A DNA stretch of 50,029 nt from Bdellovibrionales bacterium (GTDB taxonomy: Bacteria > Bdellovibrionota > Bdellovibrionia > Bdellovibrionales > UBA1609), in assembly GCA_050246815.1 (NCBI GenBank), contig JBFWVI010000022.1, positions 1 to 50,029 of the forward strand. Reading direction: 5' to 3'. The notes below the pieces were generated by a model. The model searched no databases, was not told where the DNA came from, and worked only from the letters and a program-made list of their open reading frames with translations. Below are positions 9,715 through 19,813 of this stretch, piece after piece. The position numbers were made by a program, and so were the translations under genes. Position 1 is the first letter of the stretch; every line of letters begins with the position of its first letter.

Positions 9715-11601
9715 CTATTCGACCGTTACCGATTTCGCCAGATTGCGCGGCTGATCCACGTCGTGACCCAAAGAATCGGCCACGTGATAAGCCAAAAGCT
9801 GCACAGGAATCACTTCAAGTAGCGGCGCGATAAAGCCATCAACCTCAGGCAGCGCCAAATAATAATCCGATAGCGCCTTTAGCTTTTTGTTATCACCCGT
9901 TCCCAGTGACACGATTTTACCGCCACGGGCTTTGGCTTCTTCCAGGTTGCTGACTGTCTTGTCGTAAAGATCATCGCTTGGAGCCAGCATGACGATCACC
10001 ATTTTCTCGTCGATCAAGGCTAAGGGACCGTGTTTCATTTCGCCAGCGGCGTAACCTTCGGCGTGCATGTAAGCCAGCTCCTTCAGCTTCAGGGCGCCCT
10101 CTAAAGCGATCGGATAGTGGGCACCGCGGCCCATGTACAAAAATCCCTTCACTTTTTTCAAGATGCCGGCGGCTTCGCTAAAAAATTTGTCGTGGTTCAA
10201 AACCGTTTCCATGTGACTGGGCGCCGACAACAGCGAACGCACCAAAGTTTGCTCTTGTTTGCCATCTAATTTGTTTTTCGCTTTAGCGAGTGCCAGTGAC
10301 AACAAACTCATCAAGGACAAGGTGGCCGTAAACGCCTTGGTTGATGCCACACCGATTTCGGGGCCGGCATTCATGTACAAATGGCCGCTGGCTTCGCGAT
10401 CGATCGATGAATTTCGCACATTGCAGACACTTAAAACGCGGCCCCCTTGCTCTTTCACCAAACGAACCGCAGCCAAAGTGTCTGCGGTCTCGCCACTTTG
10501 CGAGATCACAATGGTCAAAGAATTTTTTGGAACAACCGGATGGCGGTAGCGAAATTCCGACGCAATGTCGGTTTCGCAGGAAATTCGGGCGAATTTTTCG
10601 ATGAGGTATTTACCAACCATGCCGGCATAAAAGGAGGTGCCGCAGGCGATGATAAATACCTTTTCCACTTCGCCGAAAACCTTCAAAGTTTTAGCCCAAT
10701 CCGCGGCCACGTCCAGCTTCGCCAACTCTTGCGGACTGACTCCATCAAAGCCAACTTGCGACAAACGCACTTGAGCTTCGTCCACCAACACATGGGGCGC
10801 CAAAGCCGCCGCCACGGCCCGGGGCTGCTCGAAAATTTCTTTCAGCATAAAGTGGCGATAACCGCCCTTTTGCACTTGCTCCGGACTCCATTCAAGTTTG
10901 GTTGGCTTTTTTGAAAGAGGCCTTCCTTGCGGATCAAATACCGCATAGCTTGCGCCCTGCACGCGCACCACTTCATTGTCTTCCAAAAAAATCACATTGC
11001 GGGTGTGGGGCATGATGGCCTGAATGTCGCTGGCCACCAGCATTTCTTTTTCACCCACGCCCACCACCAAAGGCGGGCCGTTTTTAAAGGCCACCATGAC
11101 GTCCGGCTGTTGTTCCCATACCGACAAGATCGAATAAGCACCATGCAGGCGTGGCAAAACTTCCAAAACCGCCGTGAACAAATCTTTGTTTTTCGCTAAG
11201 TGCTGGTGCAGCAAATGGGCGACAAGCTCTGAATCGGTTTCGGATTCAAAGATCGAGCCGGTGCGAATCAGTTCTTCTTTGAGCTCCGCGTAATTTTCGA
11301 TAATGCCGTTGTGGACGATGCTGACGCCACCCACACAGTGCGGGTGTGCGTTGCGCTCGCTGGGGCGGCCGTGCGTGGCCCAACGGGTGTGGCCAATGCC
11401 CAACCGACCGTCGAATGTTTCGTTGACCAATTTGGTTTCTAAGTTTCCCAGCTTGCCTTCGGCGCGCACGCGCTTGAAGTGGCCCTGATCCAAGATCGAC
11501 ACGCCGGCGCTGTCGTAGCCGCGGTACTCGAGCGCTTTTAAGCCTTTGACGATGACGTCTTTGGGCTGCTGCGGGCCAAAATATCCGACGATGCCACACA
11601 T
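9715..11601 (-). CDS. glmS: Glutamine-fructose-6-phosphate aminotransferase
   Basis: MCGIVG, GHTRWATHG, SQSGETADT, PRNLAKSVTVE. Confidence 0.98.
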   Translation of the reverse strand: MCGIVGYFGPQQPKDVIVKGLKALEYRGYDSAGVSILDQGHFKRVRAEGKLGNLETKLVNETFDGRLGIGHTRWATHGRPSERNAHPHCVGGVSIVHNGIIENYAELKEELIRTGSIFESETDSELVAHLLHQHLAKNKDLFTAVLEVLPRLHGAYSILSVWEQQPDVMVAFKNGPPLVVGVGEKEMLVASDIQAIMPHTRNVIFLEDNEVVRVQGASYAVFDPQGRPLSKKPTKLEWSPEQVQKGGYRHFMLKEIFEQPRAVAAALAPHVLVDEAQVRLSQVGFDGVSPQELAKLDVAADWAKTLKVFGEVEKVFIIACGTSFYAGMVGKYLIEKFARISCETDIASEFRYRHPVVPKNSLTIVISQSGETADTLAAVRLVKEQGGRVLSVCNVRNSSIDREASGHLYMNAGPEIGVASTKAFTATLSLMSLLSLALAKAKNKLDGKQEQTLVRSLLSAPSHMETVLNHDKFFSEAAGILKKVKGFLYMGRGAHYPIALEGALKLKELAYMHAEGYAAGEMKHGPLALIDEKMVIVMLAPSDDLYDKTVSNLEEAKARGGKIVSLGTGDNKKLKALSDYYLALPEVDGFIAPLLEVIPVQLLAYHVADSLGHDVDQPRNLAKSVTVE

Positions 11602-11604
11602 GGC

Positions 11605-12987
11605 TTACTCCTTGGCCGCGCCAGGAACTTTTGGCGTGTAGTTTTCTTTGATCACCTGTTTGCCGCGGGCCACAGCTAATGCTTTGGCCGGCACATCTTT
11701 AGTGATCGTCGAGCCAGAGCCAATCACCGCGTTATCACCCACTGTCACCGGAGCCACGAACTGAGTGTCGCTGCCCACGAAGACATTGTTGCCGATTATG
11801 GTTTTGTACTTTTGGTGATCGGCGGCGTAGTTGCAAGTGATCGTGCCACAACCGATGTTTGTGTCAGTACCAACTTCGGCATCCCCCAAATACGTCAGGT
11901 GGGACGCTTTCGAACGATCACCAAACTTTACCTTTTTCATTTCAACAAAGTTGCCCACTTTGCAATCTTGGCCGATCACCGTGCCGGGGCGAAGATGCGC
12001 ATAGGGGCCCACTTGAGTCAGATTTCCAATTTGAGCCTGCTCGATGTAGCAACCTGATTTCACCACCACGCCGTCGCCAATAACCGAGCTTTGAATCATG
12101 CAGCCAGGCTCCACGACGACCATTTTACCAAGTTTAGTGTTGCCACGTAAATGCACGCCCGGAAACAACACCGCACCTTCGCCCACTTGCACCTGGCTTT
12201 CAACGTAGGTCTGATCAGGGTCAAGCACGACAACGCCGTCTTTCATCAACGAATGAATCTTGCGTTTGAACAAAGTTTTGCTGGCCATGGCCAATTCGAT
12301 TTGATCATTCACACCCACCGATACATGCACCGGTGCTTGAATCGCTTGAACTTGTTTACCGTCTTCCACGGCAAGTGACACGATGTCGGTTAGGTAAAAT
12401 TCTTTTTGTGCGTTTTGCGCGGTGATCTGCGACAGATACTGCTGCAATATTTCTGCACGAGTGATGTAAAAGCCGGTGTTGACCTCTTTGATCTTGCGGG
12501 TCTCATGCGAGGCATCCTTGACTTCCACAATGGCGCGCACAGTGCCTTGGTGGCGAACGATACGGCCATAATTCCCGGGCTCATCCAAAGTCACCGTCAC
12601 CACGGCCAAGTGGGCCGACGAGGCAATGAACTCATTCACGATTTTCTGTAAATCTTCGGCTTCGATCAACGGATGATCGCCGTTCAAAATCAGAACCAAA
12701 CCACTCAAGGAGTCGGGTTGTGCGGCCCGCACTGCGTCAGCAGTGCCCAACTGTTGTTGTTGCCTAAAACACACAGCGCCCAAGGGTTCGATCGCCTGCC
12801 GTACCAAGTCTTCGCCATGGCCCAGCACCACGCGAATCTCTTGTGAGCCGCTGGCCTTCACGGTTTCAATCACCTGCTGAATCATGGGTCGGCCCGCCAC
12901 GGGGTGCAGGACCTTAGGCAAGGGCGACTTCATCCTGGTGCCTTTTCCGGCGGCCAGCACAATCGTTGAAAACGGTGACTTAACCAT
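11605..12987 (-). CDS. glmU: Bifunctional UDP-GlcNAc pyrophosphorylase/acetyltransferase
   Basis: LAAGKGTRMKS, hexapeptide repeats, HLTYLGDA; adjacent to glmS. Confidence 0.97.
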   Translation of the reverse strand: MVKSPFSTIVLAAGKGTRMKSPLPKVLHPVAGRPMIQQVIETVKASGSQEIRVVLGHGEDLVRQAIEPLGAVCFRQQQQLGTADAVRAAQPDSLSGLVLILNGDHPLIEAEDLQKIVNEFIASSAHLAVVTVTLDEPGNYGRIVRHQGTVRAIVEVKDASHETRKIKEVNTGFYITRAEILQQYLSQITAQNAQKEFYLTDIVSLAVEDGKQVQAIQAPVHVSVGVNDQIELAMASKTLFKRKIHSLMKDGVVVLDPDQTYVESQVQVGEGAVLFPGVHLRGNTKLGKMVVVEPGCMIQSSVIGDGVVVKSGCYIEQAQIGNLTQVGPYAHLRPGTVIGQDCKVGNFVEMKKVKFGDRSKASHLTYLGDAEVGTDTNIGCGTITCNYAADHQKYKTIIGNNVFVGSDTQFVAPVTVGDNAVIGSGSTITKDVPAKALAVARGKQVIKENYTPKVPGAAKE

Positions 12988-13040
12988 CCTACCGGTTTTG
13001 GCCTACACTATTAAAAAGGTCAAGGAAGGACGTTTTTAAC

Positions 13041-13736
13041 GTGAGCATTAAACACCTGCCCAAGTGGGCCACCTCACGCGGGGGACTTGCGATCGAGCTC
13101 TACCACTCCGCCGATATGAGTTGGAAAAAAACAACTCATCCGCTGGTGATGATAGGCGGCGTTCACGGCGATGAACCCGAGGGTGTCGAATTAGCAACGG
13201 CCACGCTGAAGTGGCTTAAAAGCAATTCACAAAAAGCGAGAGTGCCCTGGATTTTGATTCCCTGCTTAAATCCTGATGGCTACAAGGCCGGCACCCGCAC
13301 CAATGCCGCCGGCGTTGATCTGAATCGCAATTACCCAGCAAAAAGCTGGTCACCCGAAGCCAAAGAGCCGCGTTACTTCCCCGGCCCAAGCCCCGGCAGC
13401 GAGCCCGAGGTGCAGGCCGTGGTGCGCTTGATCGAAGAGCTTGAGCCGCGCTTAGTGATTCATTGTCATTCTTGGAACCCCTGCATTGTTGTCACTGGAC
13501 ATATTGCGATCGCCGATGCCGAGCGTTTGGCAAAAATCACCGGCTATCCGCTGCAAAAGACCATCGGCTACGACACTCCCGGAAGCTTGAGTCAATACGG
13601 TTGGTTTGATCGCCATGTGCCGATCATTTGCATCGAAGAGCAAGAAGGCACCGCGCTAGAAAATGTCTGGCCCCATTTCGCCGCGGCCATCGAGCAGATT
13701 TTCACAGATGCTTCACCTCGCGGAGCAAAGGCATGA
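13041..13736 (+). CDS. M14 zinc peptidase, murein peptide amidase A (MpaA)-like
   Basis: GGVHGDEPEG, NPDG, RTNAAGVDLNRNY, IGYDTPGSL. Confidence 0.85.
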   Translation: MSIKHLPKWATSRGGLAIELYHSADMSWKKTTHPLVMIGGVHGDEPEGVELATATLKWLKSNSQKARVPWILIPCLNPDGYKAGTRTNAAGVDLNRNYPAKSWSPEAKEPRYFPGPSPGSEPEVQAVVRLIEELEPRLVIHCHSWNPCIVVTGHIAIADAERLAKITGYPLQKTIGYDTPGSLSQYGWFDRHVPIICIEEQEGTALENVWPHFAAAIEQIFTDASPRGAKA

Positions 13737-15655
13737 GTTCTGCGGTACTTTTAGTCACACCACCAACCGGTTGGACCGATGACTTTGGCAATGAGAAAGC
13801 CGACTCTTTGAGTCAAGCCATGGCACGTATTCGCGTGCAGCCATGGGGCGGTATCGCCATCTTCACTGCTAAGCTGAAAAGCAAAGACGTGCAAAATCTT
13901 TTGGAGCTAATCAAAACTCAAGATCCGACGCCTGCGGTGGTTCTGATTACTCCGCGGCCAGAAGCCGAAGAGGTTTGGGCTTGGCTCAAGTTGCTGACGC
14001 CTTTACGCCTTGTTGCGGCCGGCGAAACTGATGCCATCGTTGAATCCATCACCGCTCTTATTGAGCACAGCCAACTGCAAAGCCAAGAGGAGCAGCGGCG
14101 ACGTCTGGTGGCCGAGCAAAATTACCGATTGCAACAACTCAATCGCGACTTAGAAACTCGCGTTGAGCGTCGGCAAAAAACTTTAAAAAACGCACGTCAG
14201 CGTTTGTTGGTTGCCAACCAACATATCGAAATTTTGCATGCGGCTTCACTGGCGATCCATCGCGCGCGCGCGCTAGGCGAACTTGAAAATTCCCTGTGCG
14301 AAGCTTTGCGCCTGCACATGAAGGTATCAGCAATCCGTATTCGCTTTCGCGCCCAAAGCACTTTGGCGCAAGCCCAGCAAGGCGATGCTTTTTCGAAAGC
14401 ATTTTATGAAACTTTGGTCTTGTCCGGTGTCACCATCGGTGAGCTGGCGGTGTTTCCGCAAGAAGGATATACGTTTAGCGAAAGCGACATCAATTTGTTG
14501 CATCAAATCGCCGAGACCGCGGCCCTTGGTGTGGACCGCTTGGCCAAGCTTGAACAGGCCGAAGTGTTAAAACAACAGTGGCAGGCCACCTTTGATTCGA
14601 TTTCGGAGCCCTTGTGTTTAACCGATGCCAACTTCAATATCCTGCGCACCAATCGCAGCTACGCCAAATTAGTGGGCCGCAATTTTAATACTGTTCTAAA
14701 TAAAAATTGCTTCGCCGAATTTTTTGATTCTAAAACCGCGACTGAATTAAATCGCTTAGGCCGGGTTTTTAAGGCCCGCCAGAACCGCTGGGTTCAAGAC
14801 ACTCCACACACCTACGAAATCAGCACCCAGCCCCTGCACTTTGAATCTTTGCAAGGCGAAGTCACCTTGGTGCTGTTTCGTGACATCAGCTCACGATTGC
14901 AGATCGAGCGACAGCTCTTGGAGTCGTCGAAGATGGCCGAGCTTGGCCTGATCGGCAGCAGCATCGCGCACGAGCTGAATAATCCTTTGGGTGGCATGCT
15001 CTCTTTTATCCAACTGATCCGCATGGGTCTGAAGGGCAATGAACCATATGCCGAGGATATCGCCGCCATGGAGGACGCCGCCAATCGCTGCCGTGAAATC
15101 ATTCAACGTTTATTGGGCTTTGCGCGCAAAAGCGACGCCAGCGATCGTCGCACCACAGACCTTCGTGAAGTCTTAAAGCAAGCCTTAAGCATCACCGAAC
15201 TTTTGACCAGGTCGCAAGGTATCGTGGTGGAAGTTCAAACACCCGAGCAGGCCCTACCACTCGAAGCCCAAGCCAACCAACTCAGTCAGGCCCTGTGCAA
15301 TCTGGTGCAAAACGCGGCTGAGGCGATTTTGGAAAAGCGCCGACAAGACCCGCGTGCAATGGGTAAAATTCAAATCCAGCTGCAAGCCAAAGATCAAGGT
15401 TATGTGCTTGAAATTCATGATAGCGGCATCGGCATCGCACCCGAGGTCCAGGACAAAATCTTCAATCCTCTCTTCAGCACCAAGTCTTCTGGCGTGAATT
15501 CAGGGCTTGGGTTAACGATGTCTTACAAAATTATTTCCGAACACGGCGGGCGACTGGAAATCTCTTCCCAGCCTGGAGTCGGGACGACGGCAAGAATTGC
15601 ATTTCAAAGTCTAGATTTGAAGTCGAGCAGCCAAGTTTTTGACTCAAAAATTTGA
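13733..15655 (+). CDS. Cytoplasmic sensor histidine kinase (coiled coil, GAF-like, PAS, HisKA, HATPase)
   Basis: AHELNNPL H-box, NLVQNA, DSGIG, FNPLFSTK, GLGL; ATGA coupling to upstream gene gives start 13733. Confidence 0.9.
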   Translation: MSSAVLLVTPPTGWTDDFGNEKADSLSQAMARIRVQPWGGIAIFTAKLKSKDVQNLLELIKTQDPTPAVVLITPRPEAEEVWAWLKLLTPLRLVAAGETDAIVESITALIEHSQLQSQEEQRRRLVAEQNYRLQQLNRDLETRVERRQKTLKNARQRLLVANQHIEILHAASLAIHRARALGELENSLCEALRLHMKVSAIRIRFRAQSTLAQAQQGDAFSKAFYETLVLSGVTIGELAVFPQEGYTFSESDINLLHQIAETAALGVDRLAKLEQAEVLKQQWQATFDSISEPLCLTDANFNILRTNRSYAKLVGRNFNTVLNKNCFAEFFDSKTATELNRLGRVFKARQNRWVQDTPHTYEISTQPLHFESLQGEVTLVLFRDISSRLQIERQLLESSKMAELGLIGSSIAHELNNPLGGMLSFIQLIRMGLKGNEPYAEDIAAMEDAANRCREIIQRLLGFARKSDASDRRTTDLREVLKQALSITELLTRSQGIVVEVQTPEQALPLEAQANQLSQALCNLVQNAAEAILEKRRQDPRAMGKIQIQLQAKDQGYVLEIHDSGIGIAPEVQDKIFNPLFSTKSSGVNSGLGLTMSYKIISEHGGRLEISSQPGVGTTARIAFQSLDLKSSSQVFDSKI

Positions 15656-15656
15656 C
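15630..15656. promoter_or_regulatory. Tandem 14-bp boxes GCCAAGTTTTTGAC and CTCAAAAATTTGAC, possible activator binding sites
   Basis: Resemble the GTCA-N6-TGAC-type FleQ box; about 120 bp upstream of the activator gene. Confidence 0.4.
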
Positions 15657-15772
15657 GCCGCCAAAATCACTTTAGTAACATGAAAGAGTGCAGTCGCGGT
15701 ACGTCACTGTTCATCTCTCTGCACAACGAATTTCTATGATGGAAGTTCAAGCCCCACCACGGAAGGAATTGA

Positions 15773-17170
15773 ATGCAAGGCGCAAGAATCCTTATTGTCG
15801 ATGATGAAGCGGGACTCAGAACCGCACTGTTCCGCGCCCTTGACCGCAAGGGCTATCAAGTCATCACGGCCGCCTCCAAGAAAGAGGCCGAGACCATCAG
15901 CCAGTCAGAAAAACCCATCGACCTGGCTTTGGTCGACTTGCGCTTACCTGACGGCGACGGTCTTGAGCTCATGACCCATATCAAAACTTTGCATCGCAAC
16001 ACCCAAGTCATCATCTTGACCGGATTTGGCAGTATCGAAAAAGCCGTGGAAGCCACCCAGCGCGGCGCCTTTCACTTCATCACCAAACCGTTCAACCTTG
16101 ACGCCATCTTAACTTTGATCGAGCGCGCGCTGTCGCAAGCGCATTTAGAACGAGAAAATCACCAGCTTCGCTCTGCCCTTCATAAAAAATATCACTTCGA
16201 CAATATCATTGGTCAAAGTGAGGGCATTAGTCGTGTGCTTGAAATGATCGAACGTGTGGCCGATTCAGACTCGACCGTGCTGGTAATGGGTGAAAGCGGC
16301 ACAGGCAAAGAGCTGGTCGCCAAAGCCGTGCACTACAACTCGCCCCGCGCGAGCAAGCCCTTTATCCCGATCAACTGTGGCGCGATCCCGGCCGACCTTT
16401 TAGAGAGTGAGTTATTTGGCCACGTCAAAGGTGCTTTCACCGGCGCCATCGCCAATCGTATGGGCCGCTTTGAAATGGCTGAAAGCGGCACTTTGTTCTT
16501 AGATGAAATCGGCGACATGAGCCCGGCGCTGCAAGTGAAACTGCTGCGTGTGCTGCAAGAGCGCCGCTTTGAACCCGTTGGTAGCGGCAAAACTTTAACT
16601 GCAAATGTGCGCGTGATTGCGGCGACCAACGTCGACCTTGAACGCGCCGTTGAAGATGGTCGCTTTCGCGAGGATTTGTTTTACCGCTTAAATGTGATTC
16701 CCATCCGCATTCCGGCTTTACGTGAAAGAAAAAGTGATATCCCTTTGCTGCTTCACCATTTTATCGAAAACTTCAACCGCCTACGCGGACGCACTCTGAG
16801 TGGCGTGACCCCGGACGCGATGGAGCTTTTGACCAACTACGGCTGGCCCGGCAACATCCGCGAATTGGAGAATTTGATTGAACGCGTGGCGATCTTAAAA
16901 GGTCAAGGTTTGGTCGAAGCTCAAGACCTGCCTGAACGCTACCGCAGAACGGCTGCACCCGAAGCCGGCTCGATGGAACTTCCCGGTAGCGGCATGGATT
17001 TTAACTCAGCCGTGGATGCTTACGAAAACGCGCTGATCATGCGAGCCCTTGAAAAGACCGGCTGGAACCGCAACCAAGCGGCATTGCTCCTGAAACTCAA
17101 CCGCACCACTCTGGTTGAGAAGATCAAAAAGAAGGGCCTGCGCCCCCCAGAAAACGATCAGGGGCTCTAG
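15773..17170 (+). CDS. Sigma54-dependent response regulator (REC-AAA+-HTH), FleQ/FlrA-like HTH
   Basis: REC DD..D; GESGTGKE, GAFTGA, FLDEIGD, WPGNIREL; HTH ending NRTTLVEK. Confidence 0.93.
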   Translation: MQGARILIVDDEAGLRTALFRALDRKGYQVITAASKKEAETISQSEKPIDLALVDLRLPDGDGLELMTHIKTLHRNTQVIILTGFGSIEKAVEATQRGAFHFITKPFNLDAILTLIERALSQAHLERENHQLRSALHKKYHFDNIIGQSEGISRVLEMIERVADSDSTVLVMGESGTGKELVAKAVHYNSPRASKPFIPINCGAIPADLLESELFGHVKGAFTGAIANRMGRFEMAESGTLFLDEIGDMSPALQVKLLRVLQERRFEPVGSGKTLTANVRVIAATNVDLERAVEDGRFREDLFYRLNVIPIRIPALRERKSDIPLLLHHFIENFNRLRGRTLSGVTPDAMELLTNYGWPGNIRELENLIERVAILKGQGLVEAQDLPERYRRTAAPEAGSMELPGSGMDFNSAVDAYENALIMRALEKTGWNRNQAALLLKLNRTTLVEKIKKKGLRPPENDQGL

Positions 17171-17173
17171 TTC

Positions 17174-17189
17174 TGGCTTAAGCCTTGCA
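17174..17189 (+). promoter_or_regulatory. Sigma54 -24/-12 promoter TGGCTTAAGCCTTGCA
   Basis: GG-N10-GC with TGGC and TTGCA. Confidence 0.7.
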
Positions 17190-17217
17190 AATTCAGCCTC
17201 CTCTCAATGAGGTGGGT

Positions 17218-18915
17218 TTGAGGCAATTGGCTCTTTACTTTTTTCTAGTATTGACTGACTTGGCGACGGCCACCCCCCTTTCTTTGTTCAGGCCCTGCGA
17301 CGAACTATTGGCCGTGGTCCAAGGCTCAGGGAATGCCAATCCCACTTTACGAGGCCAACGAAACGGCAAGTCGGTCACGGTGGCCCCCCAGCCGCGGCCC
17401 GTGCGCCGAATTTCACTCGTGATTCCCACCTACCACGAGTTGGACAATGGCAATGTGATGCGAATTCTGCAGACCGCCCGCCGGCAGACACTGCCACACC
17501 ACCTGCTTGAGCTTGTGTTTGTGGTGAACAACTCGCCTGCCATTGCTGGCAACCCCAACCATCCCATTTTGATTGAAAACCTGAAAACTTTGGCTTTGCT
17601 TAAAAATATCAAGGCCGATTTTCGCATACGCGTTCTTGATTTGGCCACTCAGGGTATTGAAACCAATATGGGCATTTTACGACAAAAGGGATCTGAACTG
17701 GCCATTCGCGAATCTGGCTTGCCGGCCGAACAGCACGTCGTGATGCACATGGATGCCGACACGGTTTTCCAGGATGACTTTCTACAACGACTCTACGACC
17801 TTTATGCCCATTATCCTTTTGACGCCGTTCTCGTGCAGCGCTACCACACCTTGGCGCCAGACATTGACGACTTCACACTCAAAACATTTTATAAATTCAA
17901 GCAAGATGACACCGAATATAAACTGAGTCAGGCGCTGTCTTACGCACGTTTTGGTGTCGCCACTCCCCAGATCAGCTCTCGAGCCTCAGCCTTTGTGGTC
18001 GCGCAGGGGTTTCCGCCAATCCGTCAGGATGAAGATTTTCGCTTCACGACTCGTCTGTCTGAAAGCGCGCTTTATTATTACAGCCCTGATCTCAAGGTGA
18101 CTGCGCAAGACCGCGTCCGCCCCGATGGCTTCGATGCGCGTATTCGCCATCTCTGGAACCTTTTTTTTCGGGAACACTCTGACTACTTAACGCAGACTGA
18201 AAACAAGGCCCTTCTTTGGGACCTGACTTACTACGGCCAAGCTGTCACTTTAGCCAACAAAATTAAAAACCATCGCCTCTCGGCCTACGACGCCGTTGAG
18301 TCCTATGCCAAAGTAATTTCCAAAATCCTAGGCCGCCCCGCGAATGTGAATGCCGACGCGTTGGAAGCATTTGCAGAATGGGCCACGTACTATCGCGCCG
18401 CCTGGAGCGACAGCGATCTTGTCTTCTCAAATCCACTGTTTAGCGAAACCAGTCAAACGACCCCAGGTCAAACTTTGATCGTTTGGCTTGAAAACCTGGC
18501 CTCGCCAGCGGAACGAAATCAGCTGCGCAACCGTTTTTGGCCCGAGGTCGACAGCCACAATAAAAGTGTTATCGCCCGCAGAACATCGATCCAGTCACTG
18601 TTGCACGGCAACACGGCGGCCTTGAAAAAAGACTGCTTTGAAAATTCACATGATATTTTTATACAGGTTTTGTGCCGCCCCAAGTCCGCTCTACACGATC
18701 GGGTGCGCCAATTGGCGAATCACGGGCTTTCTCTCCAACCGGCCCTTCAGACCCTCGAACTCGAATACCCAGATTGGCTTTTACCTATGATGCAGACCCC
18801 AAATAAACTGAACATGCTCAGCTACCGTTTGGCCGCAGAACTGTTGGTGGCGGCCCATAACCAACCGGAACTTTATCCAGCATTTAGCAAATTGTACGAA
18901 GAGCTGCGCCATTAG
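17218..18915 (+). CDS. Glycosyltransferase family 2 domain protein with signal-peptide-like N-terminus
   Basis: ISLVIPTYHE, VVNN, MDAD (DxD), GF....DED; TTG start after GAGG, downstream of the sigma54 site. Confidence 0.75.
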   Translation: MRQLALYFFLVLTDLATATPLSLFRPCDELLAVVQGSGNANPTLRGQRNGKSVTVAPQPRPVRRISLVIPTYHELDNGNVMRILQTARRQTLPHHLLELVFVVNNSPAIAGNPNHPILIENLKTLALLKNIKADFRIRVLDLATQGIETNMGILRQKGSELAIRESGLPAEQHVVMHMDADTVFQDDFLQRLYDLYAHYPFDAVLVQRYHTLAPDIDDFTLKTFYKFKQDDTEYKLSQALSYARFGVATPQISSRASAFVVAQGFPPIRQDEDFRFTTRLSESALYYYSPDLKVTAQDRVRPDGFDARIRHLWNLFFREHSDYLTQTENKALLWDLTYYGQAVTLANKIKNHRLSAYDAVESYAKVISKILGRPANVNADALEAFAEWATYYRAAWSDSDLVFSNPLFSETSQTTPGQTLIVWLENLASPAERNQLRNRFWPEVDSHNKSVIARRTSIQSLLHGNTAALKKDCFENSHDIFIQVLCRPKSALHDRVRQLANHGLSLQPALQTLELEYPDWLLPMMQTPNKLNMLSYRLAAELLVAAHNQPELYPAFSKLYEELRH

Positions 18916-19047
18916 GCTAACGCACCGATTTCATAAAATCCTTATCGTATTTTTGGGTAAGACCCCTTGAATTCGTCAAATCTGTAGACGTCCGTACAGT
19001 GTTTAACACTGCGAAAGACTTCGCCTAATACCTGACGCGTACCGCAT

Positions 19048-19063
19048 TGGTCCGCCGTTTGCT
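19048..19063 (+). promoter_or_regulatory. Sigma54 promoter TGGTCCGCCGTTTGCT
   Basis: GG-N10-GC with TTGCT. Confidence 0.65.
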
Positions 19064-19094
19064 CTCTCATCAGGGTACAAGGGCGATGGGGATC

Positions 19095-19109
19095 GTCTCA
19101 AACTGAGAC
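19095..19109. promoter_or_regulatory. Palindrome GTCTCA-AAC-TGAGAC
   Basis: Same dyad recurs at 44152-44166. Confidence 0.5.
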
Positions 19110-19121
19110 AAAGAGTGGGGA

Positions 19122-19751
19122 ATGAGAAACAACTTTAAACTTCTTAAAGTCACTATGGCCGCGGTTATCAGCGCGGTCAGCACGCCATGCTTCTCCGCGA
19201 TTCCTCAGACCATTAATTTCATCACCTACAATATGAGCCTGCAGCAAACCTCTTTTGTCCGTGATGAGCGCGGCCACACAGAGCTTGACCTAAGCTATAT
19301 CCGCCAACTGAGCCAATTGGCCCGCAACGAACTTAAAATGAGCGCTGCGGATTTTATCCCCAGTGGTTTGAAAAACACCGACTCTGAAATCAAAGTGGCC
19401 CAACAAATCATCGGTCATTCCCTTGAACGCTGGTTTTCAAGCAGCGAAATTGCCAATGGTGCCATCGGCGACGCCATTCGCACAATTGAAGAGCCAATGG
19501 CACAGTCCATGGATGTGCGCGACTCTTCAGGCCGCCACCACAAAGTCGCTATGAATGTGAAAGCATCGCGTGCTATCGCCTCTGTGACGTACACAGGAGT
19601 GATCAATGCCACCCTGGCCTATCAAGTGACTTCGCGAACGATCGCTTTCGAAGCTATACACAAGCTCAAAAGCGATCAAAAGATCGTGTTCAACAGCACT
19701 TCGCACCCGCAAGAAACCCGTCAAATGATCGCCTGGCAAATGTCGTGGTAA
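19122..19751 (+). CDS. Secreted hypothetical protein with beta-rich C-terminus
   Basis: Purine-rich RBS, signal-like N-terminus, ends WQMSW. Confidence 0.75.
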   Translation: MRNNFKLLKVTMAAVISAVSTPCFSAIPQTINFITYNMSLQQTSFVRDERGHTELDLSYIRQLSQLARNELKMSAADFIPSGLKNTDSEIKVAQQIIGHSLERWFSSSEIANGAIGDAIRTIEEPMAQSMDVRDSSGRHHKVAMNVKASRAIASVTYTGVINATLAYQVTSRTIAFEAIHKLKSDQKIVFNSTSHPQETRQMIAWQMSW

Positions 19752-19813
19752 TTGACCGCGACAATTTCCTGCCTTACCCTTAAAAAGACGTAACTCATCT
19801 TGGACAAACACAC

